Shown here piece after piece: positions 49,501 to 62,900 of a DNA stretch of 64,000 nucleotides. Within the stretch, counting starts at the first letter, position 1, and the number at the start of each line of letters is the position of its first letter. The stretch is from Takakia lepidozioides (taxonomy: Eukaryota > Plantae > Bryophyta). The notes under the pieces were generated by a model. The model ran no database searches. It had not been told where the DNA came from and saw nothing but the letters and a program-made list of their open reading frames with translations. A program made the position numbers and the translations under genes. Location of the stretch: positions 95,976,001-96,040,000 of the forward strand of contig CM060731.1 of the NCBI GenBank assembly GCA_030704615.1, in the 5' to 3' direction.

Positions 49501-51823
49501 CGGCAATAGGGCCTAGAACTGGAAAACGGCGCCGAATTTCCAGTTCAGGGCCAGCCACCCTAGGGACTTAGCACGAGAAACGGCTAAGTCCCTGGACGGC
49601 AATAGGGCCTAGAACTGGAAAACGGCGCCGAATATTTCAGTTCCGGGCCAGCCACCCGAGGGACTTAGACCGAAAATGGCTAAGTCCCTGGACGGCAATA
49701 GGGCCTGGAACTGGAAAAATGGCGCCGAATTTCCAGTTCCGGGCCAGCACCCTAGGGACTTAGCACGAAAATGGCTAAGTCCCTGGGCGGACGACAATAG
49801 GGCCTAGAACTGGAAAAATGGCGCCGAATTTCCAGTCCGGGCCAGCCACCCTAGGGACTTAGCCCGAAAATGGCTAAGTCCCTGGACGGCAATAGGGCCT
49901 AGAACTGGAAAACGGCGACGAATTTCCAGTTCCGGGCCAGCCACCCTAGGGACTTAGCACGAAAATGGCTTAAGTCCCTGGACGACAATAGGGCCTAGAA
50001 CTGGAAAAATGGCGCCGAATTCCAGTTCCGGGCCAGCCACCCTAGGGACTTAGCCCGAAAATGGCTAAGTCCCTGGACGGCAATAGGGCCTAGAACTGGA
50101 AAACGGCGCCGAATTTCCCAGTTCGGGCCAGCCACCCGAGGGACTTAGACCGAAAAATGGCTAAGTCCCTGGACGGCAATAGGGCCTGGAGAACTGGAAA
50201 ATGGCGCCGAATTTCCAGTTCCGGGCCAGCCAGTCTAGGGACTTAGCCATTTTCGGGAGCCCTGATTGGAAATTCGGCGCCATTTTCCCTAACACCATTG
50301 AGGCCTCTAACATCCTGAAATGCCAGGACTTGAAAAGAAAGGCAGGCGCGTATGTACCTGTACAGAAGAAGGCGCATTGCTGCTTTGTCCGTGTTCGGCT
50401 GGTCGGTGAACTCGTGGCTCCGGCGAGCATCTGCTATCTCCCGAAAAAAAAAATAGGTGGTTTGTAGAGCGAAAGAAAGTACCTCGTCACATAGTCACGT
50501 AGGCTCTCTGCTGCAGGAGATATCTCCATCTTGACTGATGTGCTTGTGTGTCCTAGCTCCAGCTGCTTGCGCATTCGGCGTCACCTGTGGAGATTGTCCA
50601 TCAGATCGCTTTCCTCAAAAAATACAATGAATCCACCCCCTACTAGAGTAGAAAGCCCAAACGAAGCGTGGGGAAGTACCTGAAACCACCATGTCATGCG
50701 GTTCATCCACATGTCGAATGTGGGGTCAGAGAGTTTGTCCGGTTTGGGGAAGCTCCACATGTCCCGGTACTTGGGAACATTCCAGATTTGGAGCCACCGG
50801 TCTGTCCAACCACCCAACATATTCGTAAGCGCCAAACACCACAAAAAGGAGTGTTGCCACCACAATTTTGTTAAGAATGTATCACCTTTTCTGTTGCATC
50901 CACACAGGATTGTGGCTAGACGAGATGGAGCGTCCCAATGTCATCGTGGGCTTCAGAGAGCGAGGAGAGTAGTGCTTCCCCACCTCCACCAGAAAGGCGC
51001 ACAAGGGCGGCATCAGCTATGGCCACTACTTTACCATCCGCGACTTGTACGTTATGCGGGCCCTCACCTACCCTACGCCAGCTTTGACATACGATTCGAG
51101 TTCCGGGAGGGTTGGAGTCTTCTCCTCTGGACTCCATGTTAGAACCTCCGCGCCTGTGCAAAATCCTGCTGTATTTTCGTTCTATCACAGAATGCGCACA
51201 GAAGATTAGAGATCCTGCTCAACACAATTTCTTCTATTGGGAGGAGGGAGGAGAGACAGATTAGCTCAACAAAAAATGTCAGGAGCTTTACCCGAAAATA
51301 TGTAGTCCACCATGGCGTCGACGCCTCAGCCTACACGTTCTGTCTGCTTTGCATCCGACTTGCCGCAGGAGGTCGGGCACTGAGGGAATTGGCACAACTC
51401 TTGACACCCCTTGCTTCCCGACATCCTTCACTCGAAGAAGAGCTATGGGACAACGTTGGTGGCAATGAATGAAGGCATTCTCAGTCACCCTGCAGTGCCA
51501 CTGCACATTTCCATAAACAATTGAAATGGAATTTTTCATGCATATATTTGTGAGGATTCGCAATGAACGGACTTCCAAATTCAAAGTCCAAAAGCGAGAG
51601 GGGTGGTAGCTTACGAGTGTGAATGTCGGCCATTGAAGTTTGAGAAGAAGAATGCAATATTGGGCCACCGCAACCTTCAGCACAACACAATCCACGGCGA
51701 AATGCCAATCGAGGTCGTTGGGGTGGGCTTTGGGCAATGTGCTCCATCCATGCCAGGAGGCGATTGAGGACGTACAGTTCCCACACGGTAGAACATCTTA
51801 CCGGACAAGTGCTGGAAAAGAGG
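46558..51823 (-). mobile_element. Mutator-like element copy 2 carrying the ParB-like/methyltransferase gene; runs into the gap
   Basis: Right TIR at 46558-46596, identical in type to 15083-15121. Reverse complement of 13290-15121 and 59932-64000. KMFY.VW...NRLLAWMEHI lies near 51740-51810. Very indel-rich. Confidence 0.88.
49283..50288. repeat. ~95-bp double-hairpin tandem array (~10 units), intronic
   Basis: CTAGGGACT recurs at 49851, 49946 and 50042. The unit is GGGACTTAGC-N9-GCTAAGTCCC plus GAACTGGAAA-..GGCGCC..-TTTCCAGTTC. Confidence 0.92.
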
Positions 51824-52323
51824 NNNNNNNNNNNNNNNNNNNNNNNNNNNNNNNNNNNNNNNNNNNNNNNNNNNNNNNNNNNNNNNNNNNNNNNNNNNNN
51901 NNNNNNNNNNNNNNNNNNNNNNNNNNNNNNNNNNNNNNNNNNNNNNNNNNNNNNNNNNNNNNNNNNNNNNNNNNNNNNNNNNNNNNNNNNNNNNNNNNNN
52001 NNNNNNNNNNNNNNNNNNNNNNNNNNNNNNNNNNNNNNNNNNNNNNNNNNNNNNNNNNNNNNNNNNNNNNNNNNNNNNNNNNNNNNNNNNNNNNNNNNNN
52101 NNNNNNNNNNNNNNNNNNNNNNNNNNNNNNNNNNNNNNNNNNNNNNNNNNNNNNNNNNNNNNNNNNNNNNNNNNNNNNNNNNNNNNNNNNNNNNNNNNNN
52201 NNNNNNNNNNNNNNNNNNNNNNNNNNNNNNNNNNNNNNNNNNNNNNNNNNNNNNNNNNNNNNNNNNNNNNNNNNNNNNNNNNNNNNNNNNNNNNNNNNNN
52301 NNNNNNNNNNNNNNNNNNNNNNN
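51824..52323. other. Assembly gap (500 N)
   Basis: Run of N. Confidence 1.
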
Positions 52324-52462
52324 AAACACCCCATGATACACTAGCTGTAGGTTCATGACTGATTGTTCTGAGCGGGCTGAGTGCTTAGAGATTTCCAACT
52401 CTTCTATCTTGGAGTTTCCGCCTCGGATAGTGAAGGGATGGGTGAGCAAAAGCCGCGTGACA
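52324..52462 (+). repeat. 3' end of a family LTR
   Basis: Matches 10381-10519 and ends GCCGCGTGACA. No PBS follows. Confidence 0.9.
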
Positions 52463-52625
52463 CCTGTCTTTGTGTCCTTCGGCATACTGGAGTGGGGCAC
52501 ATAGTTGTAGAGGACATCGTAGGTAACAGGGTCCACAGCGGCATCAACAAGACGACCGTCATTGCGGAATCTGAACGTAGACCCTCTCTTCACAAAGCAA
52601 TATGCCTCAAACACCAATGTCTGCA
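52463..52625 (-). pseudogene. Fourth fragment (one exon) of the methyltransferase gene
   Basis: Encodes TLVFEAYCFVKRGSTFRFRNDGRLVDAAVDPVTYDVLYNYVPHSSMPKDTKTG. Confidence 0.85.
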
Positions 52626-55600
52626 AAATGAGATGAGAGCTCCTGTGAATGAGGGCCCAGTGGTGGCAGCTCACATGGTCAGGCCATGTGTTGTACCAGA
52701 AGTAAGTACAATGATAGTAACCAGAAGCAAAGCCAAACTAATACTCCAGTAGTTGAGGAAGAGGATGATAATGAAGGTGGCAGTGATATGCCTGAAGATG
52801 ATGAGGCTTGGAGAGATGAGAAGGAACTGCACAAGGAAGTGGCAGATACCATAAGGGAAATGCAGAAGAGTACTAATATTCCTGTGGCAGATTCCTCTGA
52901 TTCTGATGGAGAAGAAGAAGTGAGTGAGGATGAAAGGAAGAAAGAAGATGCAGACATGCAAAATAATAAAGGGACTTTGGCTGAAGTAATATGCTAGACC
53001 AAAACAGAGATTACCATTGGACAGCTATTGGCTGTGGCACCTTATTGTAGACACAGGCTGTATCAAAAGCAATCAATCGAATTGCCCAGGAGACAGGAAA
53101 CACAGACCTGAACAGCAATGTGACCAGTTATAATGTGAAGCCGGAAGGGCGAGAAACAGTCATGGACTTTGATGATTCTATGCCAGTAATCCAATTGAGA
53201 ATTGGAAGCACAGAACTAACTGATGTACTGATAGATGGAGGCTCAGGAGTAAATATCATGACAGACCAATTAAGCAAGAAGCTTGGCCTAAGTAACATGA
53301 AACCAGCCCCATTTACAGTAACAATGGCAGATCAAAGAAGTGTACAGCCATTGGGATTAATAAGAGGAGTTAAGATACAGATACAGAAGATGATCTTTAT
53401 GATCACAGTAACTGTGTTGAAGATGGATGAAGTCATGGAGGCTTACTCCTTATTATTGGGACGTCCGTGGCTGAAACAGGCCAGGGTATTCCATGACTGG
53501 AATTCTCAGTTACTAACCGTGCATAATGGGATACACGAGATACAAATTACCACAAAGAAATCTAGTAGATTACCTGCTACGAGAAGACCTCGAGGGGTCA
53601 GAGAGTATGACTGGAGAGGAGGACTGGATGAGGAGCAGGAAGCTACCCTATTTGCTGCACACCCAGAGTGGGAGCAGGTTGCAGAGATGCGGCTGGAAGG
53701 CCTAAGTTGTTTAAGGGGTATCTGCTGTGGTGTAGTGTCAACAACACCGATTGAAGAGGAAACAGCAGTTACCATCACATTTCTATGAAGAAAAAGAAGG
53801 AGAAATGGAAATCCTAGAGGAACCAGCCACTGTGAGTTTACAGGATGAAGTGGTGACTGGTTGGACAATCACAGCTGATGAGCAAGTGAGGGAAGTGAAT
53901 GTGGGAACTAAAGAGGAACCGAGGATGGTGAAGGTAGGAGCTGATTTGGAGCCAGAATTCTTTGAAGAAGCTAAGAGTTTGTTCATCAAATACAGAGATG
54001 TATTTGCTTGGAGCTATGAGGATCTAAAAGGGATACCACCTGAAATCTGTCAGCATAAGATTGAACTGGAACGGGGTCAGTACCAATCAAGCAGGCAAGG
54101 TACAGAATGAATCCCAACTACGCACAGAAGGTTGGAGAAGAGATCAAGAAGTTGGCTGAGGCTAAGTTTATATACCCAATAGAGTATACAACTTGGTTGT
54201 CACCCATTGTGATAGTTCCAAGAAGAATGGTAAACTAAGAGTTTGTGTGAACTACAAGAAGCTGAATGCTTGTACGAAGAAAGATCCTTTCCCTTTGCCA
54301 TTCACAGAAGCAGTATTAGACACTGTGGCAGGCCATGAGATGTACTCATTCATGGATGGCTTAGTGGTTATAATCAAGTGCAAGTGGCAGAAGAAGAGAC
54401 CAAGGAAAAACAGCTTTCATCACAGACTGGGGTGCTTATGCATACAAAGTCATGCCCTTTGGACTTTGTAATGCACCAGCGACCTTTCAGAGAGTGATAA
54501 GTGAATCTTTTCATGAGTATCTGGATGATTTCATGCAGGTATTTTCTTGGATGATTTCAGTGTGTACAGCTCTAAGAATGAGCACTTGCATAAATTGGAG
54601 TTATGTCTGGCCAGATGCAGGATGAGAGGTCTGGGCCTGAATCCAGAGAAGTGTACTTTCTGTGTGAACTCAGGGGTGCTTCTGGGACACATTGTGTGTA
54701 AGAGGGGACTTCTTGTGGATCCCAGGAAAACAGAGGCCATTAAAGCCTCTCCACCACCAGTGAATGTTAAGAGTCTAAGGAGATTCCTTGGACAAACCAG
54801 TTATTACAGAAGATTTGTCAGACGGTATGCACAGATAGCAGCACCATTGAGCAAACTTCTGAAGAAAGATGCAGTGTTTGCATGGACACCTGAATGTCAA
54901 CAGCTTTTGAGGAACTTACATTGTCAGTAACAACTACACCTGTGCTGATTAGTCCTCACTGGCAGGAAATATTTCATGTTCACTGTGATGCTTCTAGAGA
55001 AGCACTAGGAGCAGTGTTAGCCCAAAATGTAACAGGAAGGATAGATTCACCTGTGTACTATGCTAGCCGATTGATGAACAATGCCGAAAGAAATTATAGC
55101 ACAACGGAAAGAGAAGCATTGGCAATGATCTATGCAGTGAAGAAATTCAGGCATTACCTGTTGGGCAAGAAGTTTATGTTCTATGTGGATCACCAGGCTC
55201 TGATATACCTGGTAAACAAACCTCTGATAAGCGGAAGAATAGCAAGATGGTTGATAATCTTGCACGAGTTTGAGTTCGAGGTTGTTTACAAGCCTGGGAG
55301 ACTGCATCTTGTGGCGGATCACTTGTCACGGTTATCAACAGGAGAACCAGCCACAGGAATAGATGATCAATTACCAGATGCGAGTCTATTTGAAGTGGAG
55401 GTGCAGGGAAGTGCAGATGACTGGTTAGATTGGCAGTGGCCAATCAGATACTACCTTGCTCATGGTCAGTGCCCACCAAGTTATGGAAAGGAGCAGAGAA
55501 AGAGAATTGCTATCAAGGCTCTACCTTACACTATGGTAGGGAGCAGAATGTATAAGCTAGGACCAGATGGAGTGCTGAAGCGATGCTTATACCACCATGA

Positions 55601-58600
55601 AGTTGATAAAGTTTTGGAGGAAGTTCATAAAGGAGTGGCAGGAGGTCATTTTGGAGAAGAGACTACCAGTAGGAAATACTACATGCAGGTTACTGGTGGC
55701 CTACTTTGTTCAAAGATGTACACAGTATTGTCAGAGTTGTGATGAATGTCAGAGGCTAGGACCTTTGCAGAGATCTGGGAAGATGGCTTTGCATCCTACA
55801 ATGCCTACGGAACCATTTCAGAAATGGGGACTAGACTTTGTTGGACCAATTAAACCCACCAGCCAAGAATACACAGAACAGGTACATAATTACAGCCACT
55901 GATTATACTACGAAGTGGGTGGAAGCTAAAGCTTTGAGGGACAACACAGCAAAGTCCACAGCAAGGTTTCCTGTATGAGAACATACTTACACGATTTGGC
56001 TGTCCCTTGGAATTTATCAGTGATCAGGGAAGTCACTTTATTAATGAGACCATTGAATTATTGACTAAAGAGTTCATGATTGTGCATAGAAAGAGTACAC
56101 ATATTACCCACAGGGTAATGGGCAGGCAGAGGCTACCAACAAAATACTATGTACTATCTTGACTAAGATAGTCAATGCAAACAGAACGGATTGGGATACA
56201 AAGCTGCTGACAGCTTTGTGGTCATACAGGACTTCATATAAAGTCACCATTAAGTATACACCATTCCAATTAGTTTATGGTATGGAAGCTTTACAGTGGA
56301 ATTCCTGTTACCTACCATGAGAACGGAAATGGGGAAAGAGAATGGAATTGCAAGATTCCATTAAGGTCAGGAAACATGAATTATACCATGTGGAAGAAGT
56401 ACGTGCTGATGCAGCTGATAATATGACCAGAATTCAGATGAAGAGGAAGGAACAGTTTAATGAAGGCAAGTTAAAGACTTTTAAGACGGGAGATTTGGTT
56501 CTATGGTTGCAGAAGAAAGGAAAGATTAACATTCTAAGCGTAAATCACCATGGAATAACCTTATGTCATACAAGATGTAATGATAACAACACGCCATGTT
56601 TACAAGCATTAACAAAAGAAATGTTGGGAAGAGTCAATGCCAATAATTTGAAGGGGTACAGTGGTATCCATGACAAACCATTACAGCATGATTTGCAGGT
56701 TGAAACGCAAAGGCCGTCACGGGCTGCGCCAGTGTTACCAACGGAATATGGATCCCTTGTCGCTAGGCCAAGCATATATGACCGGGGCGGGCAGAACAAG
56801 CGCGACACAACCTATCACAAGCCCATCAAGGCGCGACACACCTATCACCATCACAGCCCATCAATGTGCGACACAGCCTATCACAGCCCATCAGGGCGGC
56901 GACACAGCCTATCACAGCCCATCAAGGCGCGACATAGCCTATCACACCCATCCATCAATGCCGCGACACAAGCCTATCACACAAGCCCATCAAGGCACGA
57001 CACAGCCTATCACAGCACAGCCCATCAAGGCTCGACACATCATTCACACATATCACACAGCCTACCACACATGTTACATACAGCCTATCCACATCACAGC
57101 TACCACATGTATCACAGCTATCACGGCATACCACAGTATGACACACCTGTCACAGCTTAACACAGCCTACTAGGGTTACACAATCCATAGAATCAGTGAC
57201 AGTGGACGCAGGATACTCAGGGAATGGCCGTCGGAAGAAAGGACGGAAGTCAGTTAGAAGGGGACACGTGGAAGTCAGGGCGCAACACAGCTGAGAGGAA
57301 GTGCAAGAACAGATCTCATCAAGAAAGAGGACAAGAATGGCCGTCAAAATACCTAATCACGCGTCAATTTGGATGAATGGCGGGCCCATTAATGAATACA
57401 GAAAAGGGGCAACAGAACAAACGGCAAGTACAGAAAACGAATTCTTGCACATGCATGTGTTTTCCTATGGACAGTCCAACAAGCGAAAGTCCACTAAAGA
57501 AAATTAAATCTAAAATCCAGTCACAGCGGTTACAGCCAATCGAAAGCAGAGAAGGGATAGAAAATTGGAGGGAAATTAAGCCAAGAGTCGGCGTCGTTCT
57601 AAGTAACGGGCGTCGCGACGGGACAAACCATCAATGCGATAGCTTTGAAGCTATGGAGGAACTAACAGACTATACGCTCGCAATATTACTTACGCCTTGG
57701 CATAGGGACGAAAGAACATAACGGATCTTTTCTCTTGATCGATGCTTGCAAGCCCCGCAGGCTTACAAGAAATTACCCATAGCGTTTTGTGGCACACCAT
57801 ACGTTTTTGCTTGTGCACTACAGGCATTTCTTCATTGTTACAGCCAAAACATTTCTGAGGGTCTAGAATGAAGAGAGTGAGAGGAATGGAAATAAATCAG
57901 GGTGAAGAGCACCACAATCCTGCAGAAACAAACGATTGCTACTCCACAGGCGGTGAAGGTTACTGAAAGAGCTGCGATGGAAGGATTGCAAAAGCAAAGA
58001 TTGGACATTGCACCATAGACAGTACATGTTACAATTCCTCCAGAACTTTGAGCCAAGGACAAGAGCAACAACGGTGAAGGGAGTTGAATTACTAATTACT
58101 CCCCTATACCATACAGCAATTGTTTCGATTGCGCAGCAGGCCAGGTGCATGTGGAGGAGCACAGGGCAAGACTGCAAATAGGGGACTTATTCCAAGAAGG
58201 GAGTTTCTTTAAAACTCAGGGTTATGCTTGTACCACAGGCCGTGTACCCAGGGCTAAGAGAGGTAGGCCAGGTATTGAACGTCTGTTTGCCATGAAACAG
58301 AACCAACAGTATTTGAGCAGATCCTTGACAGAAGAATACTCAAAGCCTGAGAGGAGAAGAGGTAGAATGGGCGGACATAATGTACAACGCACTGGTAGAG
58401 GAGATGAAAGATTACAGGGTATTGCGCAAAGTCTCCTATCATAGTGTCTGGCCCAATATTGCTCAAAATATTCTTGATTCTGGCATACTGAGATGCGCGA
58501 GAAATAAAGGAGATGGAGTGTTTGAGCCAGAAACCACTGCAATGGAAGAGCAAGGCTCTCACACAGTGAGGGTGGACTGGCAGGCAACCCGAGACTAAGA

Positions 58601-59931
58601 GACAGAGACGGGGAAAGACTGTAGTGGCGGATCCACTGGCTTCAACCGAATCCGCATGATAATGTTTCCCAAGCTCTTGTGCAGAAGTGGCACAGAACGC
58701 ACAGAGAACTGCTATTACTGGAAGCAGGACCTTCAGAGAGGGAAGAGGAAGTTACTTCAGTATCACAGCCATCACAGCCAGATGATCGGCTTGTCACAAA
58801 GTTCCCACAAGTTGTCCATGCAGTTCAAACCAGAAATAATTGATTTAGAAAAAGAAGGGTTAGAATTCCCACTACAGAACATGTGGTGGCAGAAATTGAG
58901 AAGGGGGACCTTCTCTATGAATATTCTGGTATGGTCAAGGACACAGTGATTCCGGGGTGCAACGGTTGTCCAGGGGAAACCCTGCGGCGCATATAATACA
59001 CACACATGTGACGGAGGTACCACGGGTAGACTGCCAAGACAACTGCAGCACCCGTGACGGATGGAGTGGTTCAGGAAGAAATCTGGTGGGGCAAATGGCC
59101 TGAGTGGTTCGTAAGGCATCACATCTACTGTTGGAGGATCAAGGAGAACAGCAGCAAGCTCACCAAGATGGACCCTCACAGGCGATGCTTATGAGTTCCA
59201 TAAACAGGACACTTAATTTGTTGGTACTTATGTCAAATCACATGTTCCCACTACTCAATTGGCAGCTTTGAGGGAGGAACCTCAGGAAGGAGTTTGAGGC
59301 TCGACTTGCCACAGAGTGTGCAAAATAAGGTCGATGAAGAGGTCACTCTCAAGATGCAACAAAGACTTGGAGAGTACAGAAGCGTTTTTGCAATTGGCCA
59401 AGGAACAATTGATTGAGGCAGGCTCTCGCAGCAAGACCAGTTGCACGAAGCACATAAGCAACAGCTATACAAATGCAAGTGGAGCATGAAAGCAAGTTGC
59501 AACAAGTGAATGCACTACATACGGAGTTGCAGACAGTGCATTACAGGATGGCCATCCAATGTGCTACACTCACAACTATGCTTGACCAATCTACAACAAA
59601 AATAAACAGTCAAGCGGAAAGATGTACGAAGGCAGAGGCAGAAAATGTTGAGCAATTGAAACTCATTGTCGATATAAAGAATACAATCTGTCGCAATGAG
59701 GATACTTTTTCAAGCAATACCGACAGGTTGAAGCTGACCAAGAAGACACATCTGGAGTTGCAACAAACAATCATGGCCAATAGAAATGAAATCTCTGTCA
59801 CTAACAAGGCTTGGAATGAAGCCACTAATCTGCTTGCTGCCTATGCAAATTTGGTTGAAACCTCAGCAAAGCGAATGGAGGCTTTACAACAACAGTTAGA
59901 TATGTACAAACTCAGAGAGGAGCAGACTCTC
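52626..59931 (+). mobile_element. Gypsy copy D internal fragment (end of gag, pol, tandem array, part of the extra ORF), no LTRs
   Basis: Colinear with copies A and B from EMRAPVNEG to EEQTL, with many indels. Tandem array at ~56800-57170. Confidence 0.92.
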
Positions 59932-62900
59932 CGTGTGGGACGGCAATCATCGCCTCCTGGCATGGATGGAGCACATTGCGCAAGCCCACCCCAACGATCT
60001 CGATTGCATTTCCCCGTCGATTGTGTTGTGCTGAGGTTTGCGGGGCCCAAAGATCGCAGTCTTCTCAAAGCTGCAATGGCCGACATCAACTCGTAAGCTA
60101 CAACCCCTCTCGCTTTTGGACTTTTGAATTTGGAAGTCATTTCATTGCGAATCCTCATATATGATGAAAATTCCCATTTCAGTATTGTTTGATGGAAATG
60201 TGGCACTGCAGGGTGACTGAGAATGCCTTCATTGCCACGAACTTGTCCATATGCTCTTCCGAGTGAAGGATGTCGGGAAGCAGGGGGTGCAAGAGTTTGC
60301 CAATTCCCTCAGTGCCGACTCCCTGCGCAAGTCGGAGGCAAGGCAGACAGAACCTGTATAGGCTGAGCGTCGACGCCATGGTGGACTACATATTTCGGGT
60401 AAAGCTCCTCACAGTTTTGTTGAGCTAATTTGTCTCTCCTCCCCAATAGAAGAAATTGTGTTGAGCAGGATCTCTAGATCTTATGTGGCGGCCTTTTCGA
60501 AATACGAAAATACAGCAGGATTTGCACATGCGCGGAGGTTCTACATGGAGTCAGAGGAGAAGAATCCAACCCTCCCGGAACTCGAATCGTATGTCAAAGC
60601 TGCGGAGGTGAGGGCCCGCATAAAGTACAAGTCGCGGATGGTAAAGTCGTGGCCATAGCTGATCCCGCCTTGGTGCCGACTTTCTGGTGAGGTGGGGAAG
60701 CACTACTCTCGCGCTCTGAAGCCCACGATGACATTGGAGAAGCTCCATCGTCTAGCCACATCCTGTGTGGATGCAACAGAAAGGTGATACATTCTTAACC
60801 AATTGGTGGTGGCAAACACACTCCTTTTGTGGTGTTTGGCGCTTACGAATATGCTGGGTGGTTTGGACAGACCCGGTGGCTCCAAATCTGGAATGGTTCC
60901 CAAAGTACCAGGGACATGTGGAGCTTTCCCCAACCGGACAAACTCCTGACCCCACCCACATTCGACATGTGGATGAACCGCATGACATGGTGTTTTCAGG
61001 TACTCCCCACGCTTCGTTTGGGGCTTGTACTCTAGTAGGGGGGTGATTCATGTATTTTTTGGAGACGCGATCTGATGACCTCTCCACAGGTTACGACCGA
61101 ATGCGCAAGAGCAGCTGGACACAACAAGCACATCAGTTCAAGATGGAGATATCTCCGGCAGCAGAGAGCCTACGTGACTATGTGACGAGGTACTTTCTCT
61201 GCTCTACACAACCAACCTATTCTTTTCGTGAGATAGAAAGATGCTCGACGGAGCCAAGAGTCTTCACCGGACCAGCGAACGCGGACCAAAGCAAGCAATG
61301 CGCCTTCTGTACAGGTACATACGCGCTGCCTTTCTTTCAAGTCCTGGCATTGCAGGATGTTAGAGGCCTCAAGTGGTTGTAGGGAAAATGGCGCCGAATT
61401 TCCAGTCAGGCTCCAAAAAATGGCTAAGTCCCTAGACTGGCTGGCCCGGAACTGGAAATTCGGGCCATTTTCCAGTTCCAGGCCCTATTGCCGTTCAGGG
61501 ACTTACCCATTTTCGGCCCAAGTCCCTAGACTGGCTGCCCTGAAGTGGAATTCGGCGCCATATTCCAGTTTTAGGCCTATTGCCGTTCAGGGAGTTAGCC
61601 ATTTTCGGCCTAAGTCCCTAGTGTGGCTGGCCCGGAACTGGAAATTCGGCGCCGTTTTCCAGTTCTAGGCCCTATTGCCGTCCAGGGACTTAGCCATTTT
61701 CGGGCTAAGTCCCTAGACTGGCTGGCCCGGAACTGGAAATTCGGCGCCGTTTTCCAGTTCTAGGCCCTATTGCCGTCGAGGGATAGCCATTTTCGGGCTA
61801 AGTCCCTAGACTGGGTGGCCCTGAAGTGGAAATTCGGCGCCATATTCCAGTTGTAGGCCCTATTGCCGTTCAGAGACTTAGCCATTTTCGGACCTCATTG
61901 TGTTTTTCATGAATGCAGGTACTGTAAGTTCTCGCTTTGGAGAAAGGTCTCGTTTTCGAGCCACCATTCTTCCTGGCATGGAGGAACCCTGGGGCTGACT
62001 CCATGTACACTGACGATATTGTGAAGGAGTGGCATCTGGAACATTTGCGTGATTGCCCTTGGTATGTGGACCTTCCGCCCGGCTCGCTCGACCCATCCGA
62101 GTTTCAATTGAAGCTGGATGCTGAATTCCGACGAAACCGGGCTCCGCTGCTCCGTTGGGTGCAAAAGAGGCAAAAGCGCTTGCGAACTCCAGGAAAGCGG
62201 CAGAGCTTGCTCAGGCAGGAATTCAGGAGAAATTGCATGAGAAGAGTAAAGGTCAAAGGAAAAGGACAAGGAAACAGGTGACTGCAGTAACACCCCAAAA
62301 AGAAAAAACCATCGGGCATCGGAGGAGGCGCAGGAGGGGACCCAAGAGAGTGACTCCGACGCCGATTTTGTTCAAGGTCCTGCGACTGCTGTTGCTCCTA
62401 CCCAGTCACCGTCGTCGGGTTCCCAAGTCAGTTCGGAGTGGGACGGCTCTGCCAAGAAGTTGGCATTTGAGGGCGAGCCTACACGGCGGTATTCGGCGGT
62501 GACGTTTACGCACAGGCCAAAAGCTAGAACCTCAACCATCATCCAATGCGTCAATGAGAGCTTCCTTGACGCTCTTGCTGCCAGGGCGAAGAGGTGGCAC
62601 ACAACAAGTCTCTGGCGGAGCAGAAGGGGGAAAGCCAAGAAGAGGGCTGCCGGTACAGAGCCTAAAGACACCCCTGGTTTTGAAGCCATGATGGAATTCT
62701 TCACGGCTGTGAGCACGAATTGCAAGAGCACTCGGGGGGGGTTGAGGTGGAGAGAGCTTGCGACATGATTCTCCTCGACATTCCAGATGGGGAGCTGCTG
62801 GAGGGCGTGGATGGTGTGCCCACCTGGAACAGGTTTACTGAGGACTACTGGAAAGCCGGGTTTGGGCTGGCGGGGATGCTTCTGGATGACGGTGGATGTG

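Noticed and set aside
49283-50288. CRISPR-like array of palindromic repeats
   Set aside because: The intervening sequences are themselves repeated (no unique spacers), there are no cas genes, and the context is a eukaryotic intron.
51481-52674. Long ORFs spanning 51.5-52.7 kb
   Set aside because: Artefacts of the N gap joining unrelated pieces.
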